Assembly (NCBI GenBank): GCA_002433895.1
Contig: DJJA01000003.1
Coordinates: 447,745 to 511,744 of the forward strand
Reading direction: 5' to 3'
DNA length: 64,000 nt
From: Candidatus Gottesmanbacteria bacterium UBA6580
GTDB taxonomy: Bacteria > Patescibacteriota > Microgenomatia > UBA10105 > UBA927
Shown: positions 27,770 through 37,100 of the stretch, one piece after another
Position numbering within the stretch: position 1 is the stretch's first letter
Layout of the letters: every line of letters starts with the position of its first letter
Position numbers and translations under genes: made by a program
The notes under the pieces: generated by a model
What the model saw: the letters and a program-made list of their open reading frames with translations, nothing else
Databases searched by the model: none
What the model was told of the DNA's origin: nothing

Positions 27770-28143
27770 CAGGGGAGGATGCGAAGCGCCCCCGTGTTAT
27801 TTGTTTATGGGGAGAATTAGGCAGCGGTAAAACAACATTCGTACAGGGGGTAGCGAAGGAGTTCGGGATTACCACACGATTGCTCTCCCCCACTTTTATT
27901 ATTGTGCGACATTATCAAATTCCAGATAGCACGCGGAGTATCTACCATTTAGATTTATATCGGATTAATCATGAAGAGGATGCAGTCGCTGTCGGTTTTC
28001 CGGATATGATTGCTGACCCTCATGCAATTGTTATTGTCGAATGGCCGGAGCGTTTAGGGAGGTTGCTGCCGGATAACAGGGTAGACATTCGTTGTGAAAC
28101 CCACGATAATGGGCAACATTCGTTTACTATAACGTATGGATAA
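27688..28143 (+). CDS. tsaE: tRNA t6A biosynthesis ATPase TsaE
   Basis: LWGELGSGKTTF, SPTFII, YHLDLYRI, VEWPE. Confidence 0.93.
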   Translation: MVLPRTIITKSAEETKKFGEKFGHSFLAGEDAKRPRVICLWGELGSGKTTFVQGVAKEFGITTRLLSPTFIIVRHYQIPDSTRSIYHLDLYRINHEEDAVAVGFPDMIADPHAIVIVEWPERLGRLLPDNRVDIRCETHDNGQHSFTITYG

Positions 28144-28726
28144 ATCACTTAGAGAAGCGGTTACGGTGCTCAACGCGGGTGGGATAGTTATTTATCCCAC
28201 TGATACCGCTTTTGGCATAGGGTGTAGAATTGATAAACCGGAGGGTGTCGACCGACTTTTTCGAATACGCCAGAGACCGCTTACGCAGGCAACACCGGTA
28301 TTAGTATCCTCGATGGAAATGGCACTCGCCCACTTCGATCACCCCGGGGATATTGTGCGACGTTTAATGAAAATATATTGGCCGGGGGCTCTCACGATTG
28401 TTTCGTCAGCCAAAACATCATTATTCTACTCCCCTATCCGCGGCGGCACTGATACCGTGGGTCTCCGTATGCCTGACCATGTGATGGCGTTGTCACTGAT
28501 AAAAGGAGCGGGTGTGCCGATTTTGGGGCCATCCGCGAATTTCCACGGGCATCCCACACCATTTTTTTATAAAGACTTGGATCCTGAACTGATCGCGCTT
28601 GTTGATTATGTGCTCCCCGGGGAGTGTAAGACGGGCGCCGCGTCAACAGTTGTTGATGTCACGACGGTGCCACCAACGATACTGCGTGACGGGGCGGTGA
28701 AGCTCAAAGAGGGGGATTTGGCGTGA
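28136..28726 (+). CDS. tsaC: L-threonylcarbamoyladenylate synthase (TsaC/YrdC)
   Basis: YPTDTAFGIGC, YWPGALT, VGLRMPDH, PSANFHG, STVVD, ILRDGA. Confidence 0.92.
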   Translation: MDKSLREAVTVLNAGGIVIYPTDTAFGIGCRIDKPEGVDRLFRIRQRPLTQATPVLVSSMEMALAHFDHPGDIVRRLMKIYWPGALTIVSSAKTSLFYSPIRGGTDTVGLRMPDHVMALSLIKGAGVPILGPSANFHGHPTPFFYKDLDPELIALVDYVLPGECKTGAASTVVDVTTVPPTILRDGAVKLKEGDLA

Positions 28727-29043
28727 ATAAACAAGCCGCAGTATTACACATAGATACATCAAAAACCCGGGAAGTACGGGTGAGCCTTAATTATGGGGGA
28801 GCGGTGGCGGAGCGGGAAGCAACACATGAAAACACCAAGGCGCAGGAAGTGTTGGCGTTGATTGAAGACCTGTGCCGCGAGCAGCACATCCGGGTTTCCG
28901 ACATTACGGAAATTACGGTAGCCGTTGGCCCCGGATCATTTACCGGCCTCCGTGTCGGTGCCGCAGTGGCAAACACTTTGGGCACGCTTCTTGATGTTCC
29001 CATAAACGGGAAGAAAACCCTTGCTACCCCGGTCTATTCGTGA
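28723..29043 (+). CDS. tsaB: Short TsaB (N-terminal domain only)
   Basis: LHIDTS and GPGSFTGLRVG motifs; 106 aa; GTGA overlap with tsaC. Confidence 0.82.
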   Translation: MNKQAAVLHIDTSKTREVRVSLNYGGAVAEREATHENTKAQEVLALIEDLCREQHIRVSDITEITVAVGPGSFTGLRVGAAVANTLGTLLDVPINGKKTLATPVYS

Positions 29044-29106
29044 TACCAATATACATGGTAAATATTCCCCGCCGCTTATATATTTGGTGGGATAAAGGAG
29101 TTATTT

Positions 29107-29694
29107 ATGGCTACAAAGAAAGCAGAAAGCACGTCCCCAAAGAAATCGGCAAATCCTTTGGTTTTTGTAGGCGTTGGATGTCTCGTCCTTTTGGTGTTAT
29201 TGGGTGTCGGAGGCACGATAGTCATGAAGTTTTTCGCCAAAAATATCGGGGAAAACCTCGTCGAAAAGGCTATTGAAAGTAAAACAGGCGTAAAAACCAA
29301 TATTGAAGATTTAGAAAAAGGAAAGATGACATTCACCGACAGTAAAACCGGTGCAACCGTTGACATCGGGTCCAACTCAGTTCCGGAAGATTTCCCGAAG
29401 GACTTTCCTTTGTATAAGGGGGCGAAAGTAACCAGCTCACTTTCCGGGGCACAGGCAGGGAAGAGCAACGGGTATTGGCTGACCATGTCTACTCCGGATG
29501 CCGCCGATAGCGTTGTGAGCTTTTACAAAACGGAGCTTCCAAAAAACGGTTGGACGGTGGAGTCCACATTTGCGGCAAATGAAATGACGAACTTTGGTGT
29601 ATCCAAAGGCACGTGGAAAGGCTCAGTCTCGGCCGGTAAAAACGGTGACGAGGGTGAAACGCAGATTATCATCATACTTGGTGAAGAAGAATAA
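29107..29694 (+). CDS. Hypothetical membrane-anchored protein
   Basis: SD AAGGAG; one TM; VPEDFPKDFPLY and FYK.EL...GW motifs. Confidence 0.75.
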   Translation: MATKKAESTSPKKSANPLVFVGVGCLVLLVLLGVGGTIVMKFFAKNIGENLVEKAIESKTGVKTNIEDLEKGKMTFTDSKTGATVDIGSNSVPEDFPKDFPLYKGAKVTSSLSGAQAGKSNGYWLTMSTPDAADSVVSFYKTELPKNGWTVESTFAANEMTNFGVSKGTWKGSVSAGKNGDEGETQIIIILGEEE

Positions 29695-29752
29695 CCGTTT
29701 TGGGTGATACCCCCTTGCAGTCGTAGTGGCTTATGATGGAGTATAGATATAT

Positions 29753-30721
29753 ATGCGTTTTTTTCGCATCCTCTATCATTGGCTAGTCCCTCATGAGGGA
29801 AATAACCACCGTGCGAAGGCACTGCATCACGATGCGTTATTCGCGTACGTATTATTACTGTGCGTATTTAATCTCGGTATCCGTTATTTTCACGGGAAAG
29901 CGCCGGATGTATTGGGATACGCCATTGATATTCGGGTAGAGCAGTTATTAGCCGCGACAAATGCGCAACGTGAGGCGGCGGGGTTGCCGCCGCTTAAGCT
30001 CGACAATACATTGTCGGCCGCAGCAGCAGCAAAAGCATCGGACATGTTTGCACATAATTATTGGGCACATAACAGTCCGCTTGGGAAAACACCGTGGGAT
30101 TTTATTATATCCTCGGGATACCAATACACATTAGCTGGCGAGAATTTAGCAAAAAATTTCCAAACGAGTGACGGAGTCGTGAGCGCGTGGATGAACTCTC
30201 CTACGCACAAAGCAAATATTGTGAAAAGTGGCTATAAAGACGTCGGATTTGCGATCGTAAACGGAGTCTTAAACGGCGAAGAAACGACGCTCGTCGTGCA
30301 GATGTTCGGCGCGACCAACGCTGCTCCAGTCGCACAAATTCCGAAAGCCCAGGCAGCCGCACCAGCGCCAGTTGCGTCGCCGGAAGTTGCTTTGGAAGAG
30401 CCAATTACCGTGGTGCCGGCTGAGCCAGCGGCGATAAATGACGAGCCGAAATCCGAACCGGCGATTGCTCTGCTGCCGTCATTTATGTCCAATACCGCAT
30501 TTGAGCGGGTTGTCGCTTCACCCAAGGTCAATATTCCCGGTCTTACCAATACCATGGCCATCATAGTGGTGGGAGTGCTTATAGGACTGTTGGCAGTAGA
30601 CGCATTTGTGGTGAGTAAGCACCGGGTCGTTCGTCTTACGGGACACAATATGGCGCATATATTATTTTTAGGTACGATTATTGTGAGTGGCTTGATGATC
30701 TCACGCGGGAGTCTTATATGA
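29753..30721 (+). CDS. CAP (SCP) domain membrane protein
   Basis: TN..R...GL..L, KASDM....YWAH, AGENLA, WMNSPTHKANI; Pro/Ala-rich linker; C-terminal TMs. Confidence 0.88.
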   Translation: MRFFRILYHWLVPHEGNNHRAKALHHDALFAYVLLLCVFNLGIRYFHGKAPDVLGYAIDIRVEQLLAATNAQREAAGLPPLKLDNTLSAAAAAKASDMFAHNYWAHNSPLGKTPWDFIISSGYQYTLAGENLAKNFQTSDGVVSAWMNSPTHKANIVKSGYKDVGFAIVNGVLNGEETTLVVQMFGATNAAPVAQIPKAQAAAPAPVASPEVALEEPITVVPAEPAAINDEPKSEPAIALLPSFMSNTAFERVVASPKVNIPGLTNTMAIIVVGVLIGLLAVDAFVVSKHRVVRLTGHNMAHILFLGTIIVSGLMISRGSLI

Positions 30722-30966
30722 AAAATGGCGCGTTTCTGCATACCATAGTGCTTTTTACCATTCTTTTCGGGGGCGCCTTTACGTTTTGGTTTGCGCGGGG
30801 AAATACCGCGCTGCAGCTTGCTATCGGCGTGGTTACCACCATCGCGTATGTGGCATGGGGAATTATTCATCATAGCCTGAAAGGCGATCTGCACCGCAAG
30901 GTTGTGATAGAATATGTGCTCGTGGGTTTGATAGCCATTGTATTGTTAACGACATTGGCGTTGTAA
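30718..30966 (+). CDS. Small three-TM membrane protein
   Basis: Hydrophobic 82 aa; Y..WGIIHH...D....V.EY; ATGA overlap. Confidence 0.7.
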   Translation: MKNGAFLHTIVLFTILFGGAFTFWFARGNTALQLAIGVVTTIAYVAWGIIHHSLKGDLHRKVVIEYVLVGLIAIVLLTTLAL

Positions 30967-30987
30967 CCCGAAAGGAGTAACAAAACT

Positions 30988-31737
30988 ATGAAAGGTGTTA
31001 TACTTGCCGGTGGTCTCGCAACGAGGCTTCGCCCCCTAACCGCCGTAACCAACAAGCATCTTCTGCCGGTCTATAACAAGCCGATGATTTATTACCCGTT
31101 GGAAATGATGAAACGGGTAGGCATGAAAGAGGTGTTGCTCATTACCAGCGGCGGACATGTCGGTGATTTTGCCAACCTCTTATTGTCCGGAGAAGAATTC
31201 GGGCTCAGGCTTTATTATGCGATACAACAAAACCCAACAGGCGGTATTGCGGATGGTCTCAAACTCGCTGAAGAGTTTGCCCAAAAAGAACCTATCCTGG
31301 TGATTTTGGGAGATAACATATTTAATTTTGATCTTACCGCATCACTTAAACGGTTTGAGGATGCCGTCGCGAAGGACAAAAAGGGTGCTATGGTTTTTGG
31401 TGTGCACCGCGAAACGCTCGCGCAACAGTATGGTGTGATAGAGATGGATGCGGAAGGGAAGGTGGTAAGCATTGAAGAAAAGCCGGAGAAACCAAAAAGC
31501 GATATTGCGCAAACGGGTATTTACGTATATGACAACCGGGCATTTGATTTCGTGCGTCAGTTGGTTCCATCAGCACGGGGCCAGTTAGAAGTCACTGATC
31601 TCAATAATATGTATCTCGCGGAGAAATCACTCCGCTGTGAGCTCATTGATTGGTGGGTAGATGCGGGCACGTCTCATGATGAACTATTGCAGGCAAATGT
31701 ACAGGTGGCAGAATTTGTAAAGCAGGGGAAACTCTAA
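30988..31737 (+). CDS. rmlA: Glucose-1-phosphate thymidylyltransferase (RmlA/SpsI-like)
   Basis: GVILAGGLATRLRPLT, NKHLLPVYNKPMIYY, LGDN, EEKP, SARGQLEVTD. Confidence 0.9.
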   Translation: MKGVILAGGLATRLRPLTAVTNKHLLPVYNKPMIYYPLEMMKRVGMKEVLLITSGGHVGDFANLLLSGEEFGLRLYYAIQQNPTGGIADGLKLAEEFAQKEPILVILGDNIFNFDLTASLKRFEDAVAKDKKGAMVFGVHRETLAQQYGVIEMDAEGKVVSIEEKPEKPKSDIAQTGIYVYDNRAFDFVRQLVPSARGQLEVTDLNNMYLAEKSLRCELIDWWVDAGTSHDELLQANVQVAEFVKQGKL

Positions 31738-32753
31738 TGCGTATACTCGTAACAGGAGGAGCCGGGTTTATCGGGGCTAACTTTATCATCTATTGGCTCA
31801 AAAACCACCCTGATGATGAGATCATCAACTTTGATAAACTGACGTACGCCGGTAATCTCGAAAACCTCGCGGCAGTTGACAAAAACCCCCGCTACCGGTT
31901 TATCCAAGGGGATATTTGTGCGGTGGATGCGGTAACATCTGCCATGCAGGGAATTGATACCGTGGTGCATTTTGCCGCAGAAAGCCACGTGGACCGGTCT
32001 ATCCTTGAGGCAGCCCCGTTTGTGATGACCAATGTCGTCGGTACACAGGTGTTGCTGGATGCCGCGCTCAAGGCGAATGTGAAGCGGTTTCACCATGTAT
32101 CAACGGATGAAGTATTCGGCGCGCTTTCATTGGAGACATTAGATAAATTCAACGAGGCTACGCCGTATAATCCGCGGAGCCCATACTCAGCAAGCAAAGC
32201 CGGATCCGATCATTTGGTGCGCGCGTATTACCATACGTTTGGATTGCCGATTACGATCACTAACTGTTCCAACAACTACGGCCCGTACCAATTTCCAGAA
32301 AAACTTATTCCCCTTGCGATCACCAATATTCTTGAAGGCAAAAAAGTGCCGGTATATGGCGATGGGAAATATGTCCGCGATTGGTTGTATGTGGATGACC
32401 ATTGTGAGGCGATCGATGCAGTACTCCAAAACGGTACAGTAGGTGAAACATATTGTGTCGGAGGGGTCACGGAGGATATTAATAATCTGGATATTATTAG
32501 GCTCATTTTAAAGATAATGAATAAAGACGAATCAAGCATTGAGTATGTCACTGACAGGCCGGGGCATGACCGACGTTATGCTGTGGATTGGTCAAAGATC
32601 AAACGGGAGTTGGGGTGGAAGCCAAAAAATGATTTCTATACCTGGCTTATCCAAACAGTTCACTGGTATCAGGAAAACGAAAGCTGGTGGAAGCGGGTGA
32701 AAAGCGGTGCGTATAAAACATACTATGAGAAGCAGTACAAAAACGCAGTATGA
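31737..32753 (+). CDS. rmlB: dTDP-glucose 4,6-dehydratase
   Basis: TGGAGFIG, DKLTYAGN, FAAESHVDRSI, STDEV, YSASKA, DRPGHDRRYA. Confidence 0.96.
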   Translation: MRILVTGGAGFIGANFIIYWLKNHPDDEIINFDKLTYAGNLENLAAVDKNPRYRFIQGDICAVDAVTSAMQGIDTVVHFAAESHVDRSILEAAPFVMTNVVGTQVLLDAALKANVKRFHHVSTDEVFGALSLETLDKFNEATPYNPRSPYSASKAGSDHLVRAYYHTFGLPITITNCSNNYGPYQFPEKLIPLAITNILEGKKVPVYGDGKYVRDWLYVDDHCEAIDAVLQNGTVGETYCVGGVTEDINNLDIIRLILKIMNKDESSIEYVTDRPGHDRRYAVDWSKIKRELGWKPKNDFYTWLIQTVHWYQENESWWKRVKSGAYKTYYEKQYKNAV

Positions 32754-33646
32754 AATTCATTGGAACCGGACTTTCAGGATTAGTCGGATCTCGGATTGTT
32801 GAACTTCTTTCTCCTAAGCACGCCTTCACGAACTATAGCTTGGAAAATGGGATAGATATCACTGACCGTGAAGGTATTTTATCCCGGATTGCCGGCGAAA
32901 CCGGGGCATCCTGGGTATTACATCTGGCAGCCTATACTAATGTGCAGCAGGCGGAGAAAGACCGGTTGTTGGGTGAAAAAAGCACTGCTTGGAAAGTGAA
33001 TGTGGAGGCGACGCAAAACATTATTGACGCGTGTATAGCGTCTGACAAACGGTTGTTGTATGTCGATACAGACTACGCGTTCGACGGAACCCAAAAAACA
33101 TATAACGAAGATGATACGCCGAATCCACAGGGATGGTATGCCATCACCAAATCAGAAGGAGCCAAGCGCGTACTCGCTATGGGTAAGCAGGGCTTGGTCA
33201 TCCGTATATCCAATCCTTACCGGGCGAATCCGGTGGGTAAGACTGATTTTGCCCATAAAATGCTTGAGCGGCTTATGGCAGGAGAAGCAATTGTTGCTCC
33301 GGTTGATCAGTTGTTTGTGCCGACATTTGTCGACGATATTGCCGCAGGCATCGATGCTCTTACTTCAGGTAATGCAACGGGTATTTACCATGTGGTGGGA
33401 AGCGAGGCGATTTCGCCGTTTGACGCGGCGCGTGCGGTTGCACGTACGTTTGGATTCAATGAGGGCTTAGTAAAAGAAACGTCATTTGCCGCGTATTTTT
33501 CCGGGCGGGCGCCGGTGCCGCAGTACGCGGTGCTTACCAATAACAAAATCCGGGCGCTGGGAGTTGACCTGAGAGGATTTAATGACGGTATCGCGGAAGT
33601 AAAAAAACAGGAAATTTCCGCACCAAAAACTACGGAGCAACACTGA
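32750..33646 (+). CDS. rmlD: dTDP-4-dehydrorhamnose reductase
   Basis: TGLSGLVG, HLAAYTNV, TDYAFDG, YAITK, DQ...PT. Confidence 0.85.
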   Translation: MKFIGTGLSGLVGSRIVELLSPKHAFTNYSLENGIDITDREGILSRIAGETGASWVLHLAAYTNVQQAEKDRLLGEKSTAWKVNVEATQNIIDACIASDKRLLYVDTDYAFDGTQKTYNEDDTPNPQGWYAITKSEGAKRVLAMGKQGLVIRISNPYRANPVGKTDFAHKMLERLMAGEAIVAPVDQLFVPTFVDDIAAGIDALTSGNATGIYHVVGSEAISPFDAARAVARTFGFNEGLVKETSFAAYFSGRAPVPQYAVLTNNKIRALGVDLRGFNDGIAEVKKQEISAPKTTEQH

Positions 33647-33698
33647 AAGTATCCGTATTCTGTACAGGCACTCTTTTTTTTCGTATACTAACAAGATT

Positions 33699-34994
33699 AT
33701 GACTATTTCTTTTATCGGTCATGGTTATGTGGGTCTCGTGACCGCCGCAGTATTTGCGGACTTAGGGAATACGGTATGGGTGGTAGGCCGCACGAAAGAA
33801 AAAATAGAGCGTCTTAAAAAAGGCGACCCTCTGATTTACGAGCCCGGGCTGGAAGAGTTGCTGAAGCGAAACCTCGCCGCAGGAAGACTGAAATTTACTC
33901 TCGATTATAAGGAAGCCGTCGTCGCGTCAGAAGTGGTGTTTATTGCCGTCGGGACGCCATCAAAAGTAAATGGCGAGGCTGATCTGAGCCAAGTATTTGC
34001 CGCAGCTGAAGAAATCGGTAAATCATTGGTGGGATACAAAGTAGTGGTGACCAAAAGCACCGTGCCGCCCGGAACCGGCAAAAAAGTTGCCCAGATTATC
34101 GAACGGGTGCATCCTGCGGGGTCTTCATTTGCGATCGCATCGGCGCCGGAGTTTTTGCGTGAGGGTACAGGCCTATCGGACACGCTTCACCCTGACCGGG
34201 TGGTTATCGGCACTAACTCCGATAGAGCGCGGGATATACTGGTTGAGCTGCATAAGCCGATCGACGGGAAAAAAGTGCTCTGTAATGTAGAAACGGCGGA
34301 GCTTATCAAATACGCGTCAAACTCCATGTTGGCCACCAAGATTTCATTTGCCAATGCTATTTCGTTTTTGGCAGAGAAGGTTGGTGCTGATGTGGAACGC
34401 GTCCTTGAGGGAGTTGGTCTTGACAACCGGATCGGGAGAAGTTTTCTTTACCCCGGAGTTGGATATGGCGGGAGCTGTTTTCCTAAAGATGTGAAAGCCT
34501 TAATCGCGATAGCGCACGAATATAAATATGACTTTACCCTGCTTAAAGCAGTCCACGAAATAAATATGGAGGCAAGGGAGAATTTTGTTAAAAAAATAGT
34601 ATCGCATTTCGGTTCACTGAAAGGAAAACGGATTGCTGTCCTTGGTCTTGCCTTTAAGCCGGATACCGATGACATGCGGGAAGCGCCGTCACTGGATATT
34701 ATTTCATCGCTTATCGATAAAGGAGCTGAGATTGTCGCGTTTGATCCCATCGCCATGAAAAAAGCGAAGGATAAGCTCCCGAAGTCGGTAGGCTTTGCAT
34801 CTGACCCGTATGATGCGGCAAAAGGGGCCGACGCAGTGGCGATTATTACCGAGTGGAACGAGTTCCGGCAAATTGATCTCGTGCGTCTAGCCAAAGGCAT
34901 GAAACATTTGGTATTATTCGATGGGAGAAATATTTATGAACCCACCAAAGTGCGGGAGCTAGGGTTCATGTATTACGGTGTTGGTAGAATGTAA
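33699..34994 (+). CDS. ugd: UDP-glucose 6-dehydrogenase
   Basis: GHGYVGL, IAVGTP, KSTVPPGT, PEFLREG, GYGGSCFPKD, GLAFKPDTDDMR. Confidence 0.93.
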   Translation: MTISFIGHGYVGLVTAAVFADLGNTVWVVGRTKEKIERLKKGDPLIYEPGLEELLKRNLAAGRLKFTLDYKEAVVASEVVFIAVGTPSKVNGEADLSQVFAAAEEIGKSLVGYKVVVTKSTVPPGTGKKVAQIIERVHPAGSSFAIASAPEFLREGTGLSDTLHPDRVVIGTNSDRARDILVELHKPIDGKKVLCNVETAELIKYASNSMLATKISFANAISFLAEKVGADVERVLEGVGLDNRIGRSFLYPGVGYGGSCFPKDVKALIAIAHEYKYDFTLLKAVHEINMEARENFVKKIVSHFGSLKGKRIAVLGLAFKPDTDDMREAPSLDIISSLIDKGAEIVAFDPIAMKKAKDKLPKSVGFASDPYDAAKGADAVAIITEWNEFRQIDLVRLAKGMKHLVLFDGRNIYEPTKVRELGFMYYGVGRM

Positions 34995-35016
34995 TAATTT
35001 TTTTAAGGAGGAAAAT

Positions 35017-35973
35017 ATGGCTAAAAAAGCATTGATCACTGGTATTGCAGGTTTTGTCGGCAGTCATATGGCAGAGCTTTTGCTTTCCAAAGGTTTTGAA
35101 GTATATGGACTGAGCCGCTCACGAAGCAAAATGGATCATATCGAGTCTATTAAATCCCAGCTTCAGCTGGAAGACGCGGATTTGCTCGATAGCCACAGTC
35201 TGTATACGACGATCAATAAGATCAAACCGGATTATATATTCCATCTTGCTGCACAGTCATTTGTGCCGACCTCATGGGGGTCACCCGCAGTAACGCTTGA
35301 AGTAAACATCGTGGGAAGTGCGAACGTCTTTGAAGCGGTCCGTCAAGTCGGCATTGATCCCGTTATCCAAATTGCCTGTTCTTCCGAAGAATACGGATTA
35401 GTGTACGAAAACGAAATCCCCATTAAAGAAACAAACCCGTTGCGCCCGCTTTCACCATACGCGGTAAGTAAGCTGGCAATGGATTATTTGGGATACCAGT
35501 ATTACGAATCATATAAGATGCGTATTATCAGAACGCGCGGATTTAATCATACCGGTCCGCGGCGCGGCGATACGTTCGCGGAATCGACATTCGCGAAGCA
35601 AATAGCGCTTATTGAGAAGGGTAAGCAGGAGCCGGTTATCTATGTCGGTAATCTGGAGGCATCACGCGACTATACGGATGTCCGCGACATGGTAAAAGCG
35701 TATCTTTTGGCAGTAGAAAAATGTGATCCGGGCGAAGTGTACAACATTGCAACCGGCACAACCATCAAGATTTCTGACGTCTTAAAAATGATGTTGGGGA
35801 TGAGTAAGGTGAAAGTGGAAATTAAGGAAGATCCAAAGAGGATGAGACCTTCAGATGTCCCCATTCTTATTGGTGACAACACGAAGTTTGTTGAAAAAAC
35901 CGGATGGAAGCCTGAAGTGCCCTTCACCAAGACTGCTGAGGACCTTCTCAACTACTGGAGAGAGCGAGTGTAA
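35017..35973 (+). CDS. GDP-mannose 4,6-dehydratase / GDP-4-keto-6-deoxymannose reductase-like SDR
   Basis: ITGIAGFVGSH, HLAAQSFV, SSEEYG, PYAVSK, FNHTGPRR, RDYTDVRD; SD AAGGAGG before ATG 35017. Confidence 0.85.
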   Translation: MAKKALITGIAGFVGSHMAELLLSKGFEVYGLSRSRSKMDHIESIKSQLQLEDADLLDSHSLYTTINKIKPDYIFHLAAQSFVPTSWGSPAVTLEVNIVGSANVFEAVRQVGIDPVIQIACSSEEYGLVYENEIPIKETNPLRPLSPYAVSKLAMDYLGYQYYESYKMRIIRTRGFNHTGPRRGDTFAESTFAKQIALIEKGKQEPVIYVGNLEASRDYTDVRDMVKAYLLAVEKCDPGEVYNIATGTTIKISDVLKMMLGMSKVKVEIKEDPKRMRPSDVPILIGDNTKFVEKTGWKPEVPFTKTAEDLLNYWRERV

Positions 35974-37100
35974 TGGTCTCTGCCAATATGAAAGCAGTTA
36001 TAATCCTCCCGACGTATAACGAGCGGGAAAACATTAAAGCCATGCTCACAAAGCTTGTGAGCGTGACCCGTCTCATAAAAGGATACACATTTACGTATCT
36101 TATCGTGGATGACACATCTCCTGACGGTACGCAGGATGTTGTGAATGAATTTGCCAAAAGCAACCCTCAGGTAAAAATTCTAAGCGGGCAAAAAGAAGGA
36201 TTAGGTAAAGCATTACTTCGTGGTATGACGTATGCCATCGATACATTAGGTGCCGACGTTATCGCCCAGATGGATGCGGACTTGTCACATGACCCTGAGC
36301 GTTTGCCAGAGTTTTTCAAAAAAATATCCGAGGGTGATGATTTTGTGGTCGGAAGCAGATATATACATGGCGGATCCATACCGGAAAACTGGGGTATACA
36401 CCGGAAGATTTTCAGCGTCGTCGGAAACGCGATCGTGCGGTTCGGACTAGGATTTCCATATGTGCATGATTGGACCGGCGGGTATCGGGTATTTAAGAAA
36501 GAGTATTTCGAAAAATCCAAAGCGAAGGTATCCCGTTATAGCGGTTACGTGTATCAGATAGCATTTCTTCACAATGCCATAATTGAGGGTGCGCGTGTCG
36601 GCGAAGTTCCTATCCATTTTACCGATCGAAGATACGGCAGGTCAAAGATAGCGCCGCTGCAGTATATTCGGAATGTATTTATGTATGTCGGAACAGCGAG
36701 GGCAAAACAACTCCGTCATGGCCCGTTTGCGAAATTTGCCGTCGTCGGCAGTGTTGGGTTTGTCATAAACACTACGATATTAGAGCTTATGGTGGGCAAT
36801 GGGTTTCATCCCGCTATGGGAAGCGCCATCGGGGCCGAATGTGCAATCATTTCTAATTTTTTCTTTAACAACAACTGGACGTTCAGGGGGAAACGGATTC
36901 AGGGCCTCCGGGTGATCCCCAAATTTTTGCAGTTTAACGCAACAAGTATTGGCGCCCTGCTTATTCAGTCTGGAACTGTAGCGCTCGGCACGGCACTGTT
37001 CGGAGTTTCTCTGTACCGGTGGTTTTATCTTCTTGGGGTCGGCATCGGACTCGTATGGAACTACACGATGTATTCGAAAGTCATCTGGAAGAATAAATAA
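35973..37100 (+). CDS. Polyprenol-phosphate sugar synthase (GT2, DPM1-like) fused to a GtrA flippase domain
   Basis: PTYNERENI, VDDTSPDGT, MDADLSHDP, VGSRY; C-terminal KFAVVG...NFFFNNNWTF...WNY. Start could be 35988. Confidence 0.88.
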   Translation: MVSANMKAVIILPTYNERENIKAMLTKLVSVTRLIKGYTFTYLIVDDTSPDGTQDVVNEFAKSNPQVKILSGQKEGLGKALLRGMTYAIDTLGADVIAQMDADLSHDPERLPEFFKKISEGDDFVVGSRYIHGGSIPENWGIHRKIFSVVGNAIVRFGLGFPYVHDWTGGYRVFKKEYFEKSKAKVSRYSGYVYQIAFLHNAIIEGARVGEVPIHFTDRRYGRSKIAPLQYIRNVFMYVGTARAKQLRHGPFAKFAVVGSVGFVINTTILELMVGNGFHPAMGSAIGAECAIISNFFFNNNWTFRGKRIQGLRVIPKFLQFNATSIGALLIQSGTVALGTALFGVSLYRWFYLLGVGIGLVWNYTMYSKVIWKNK

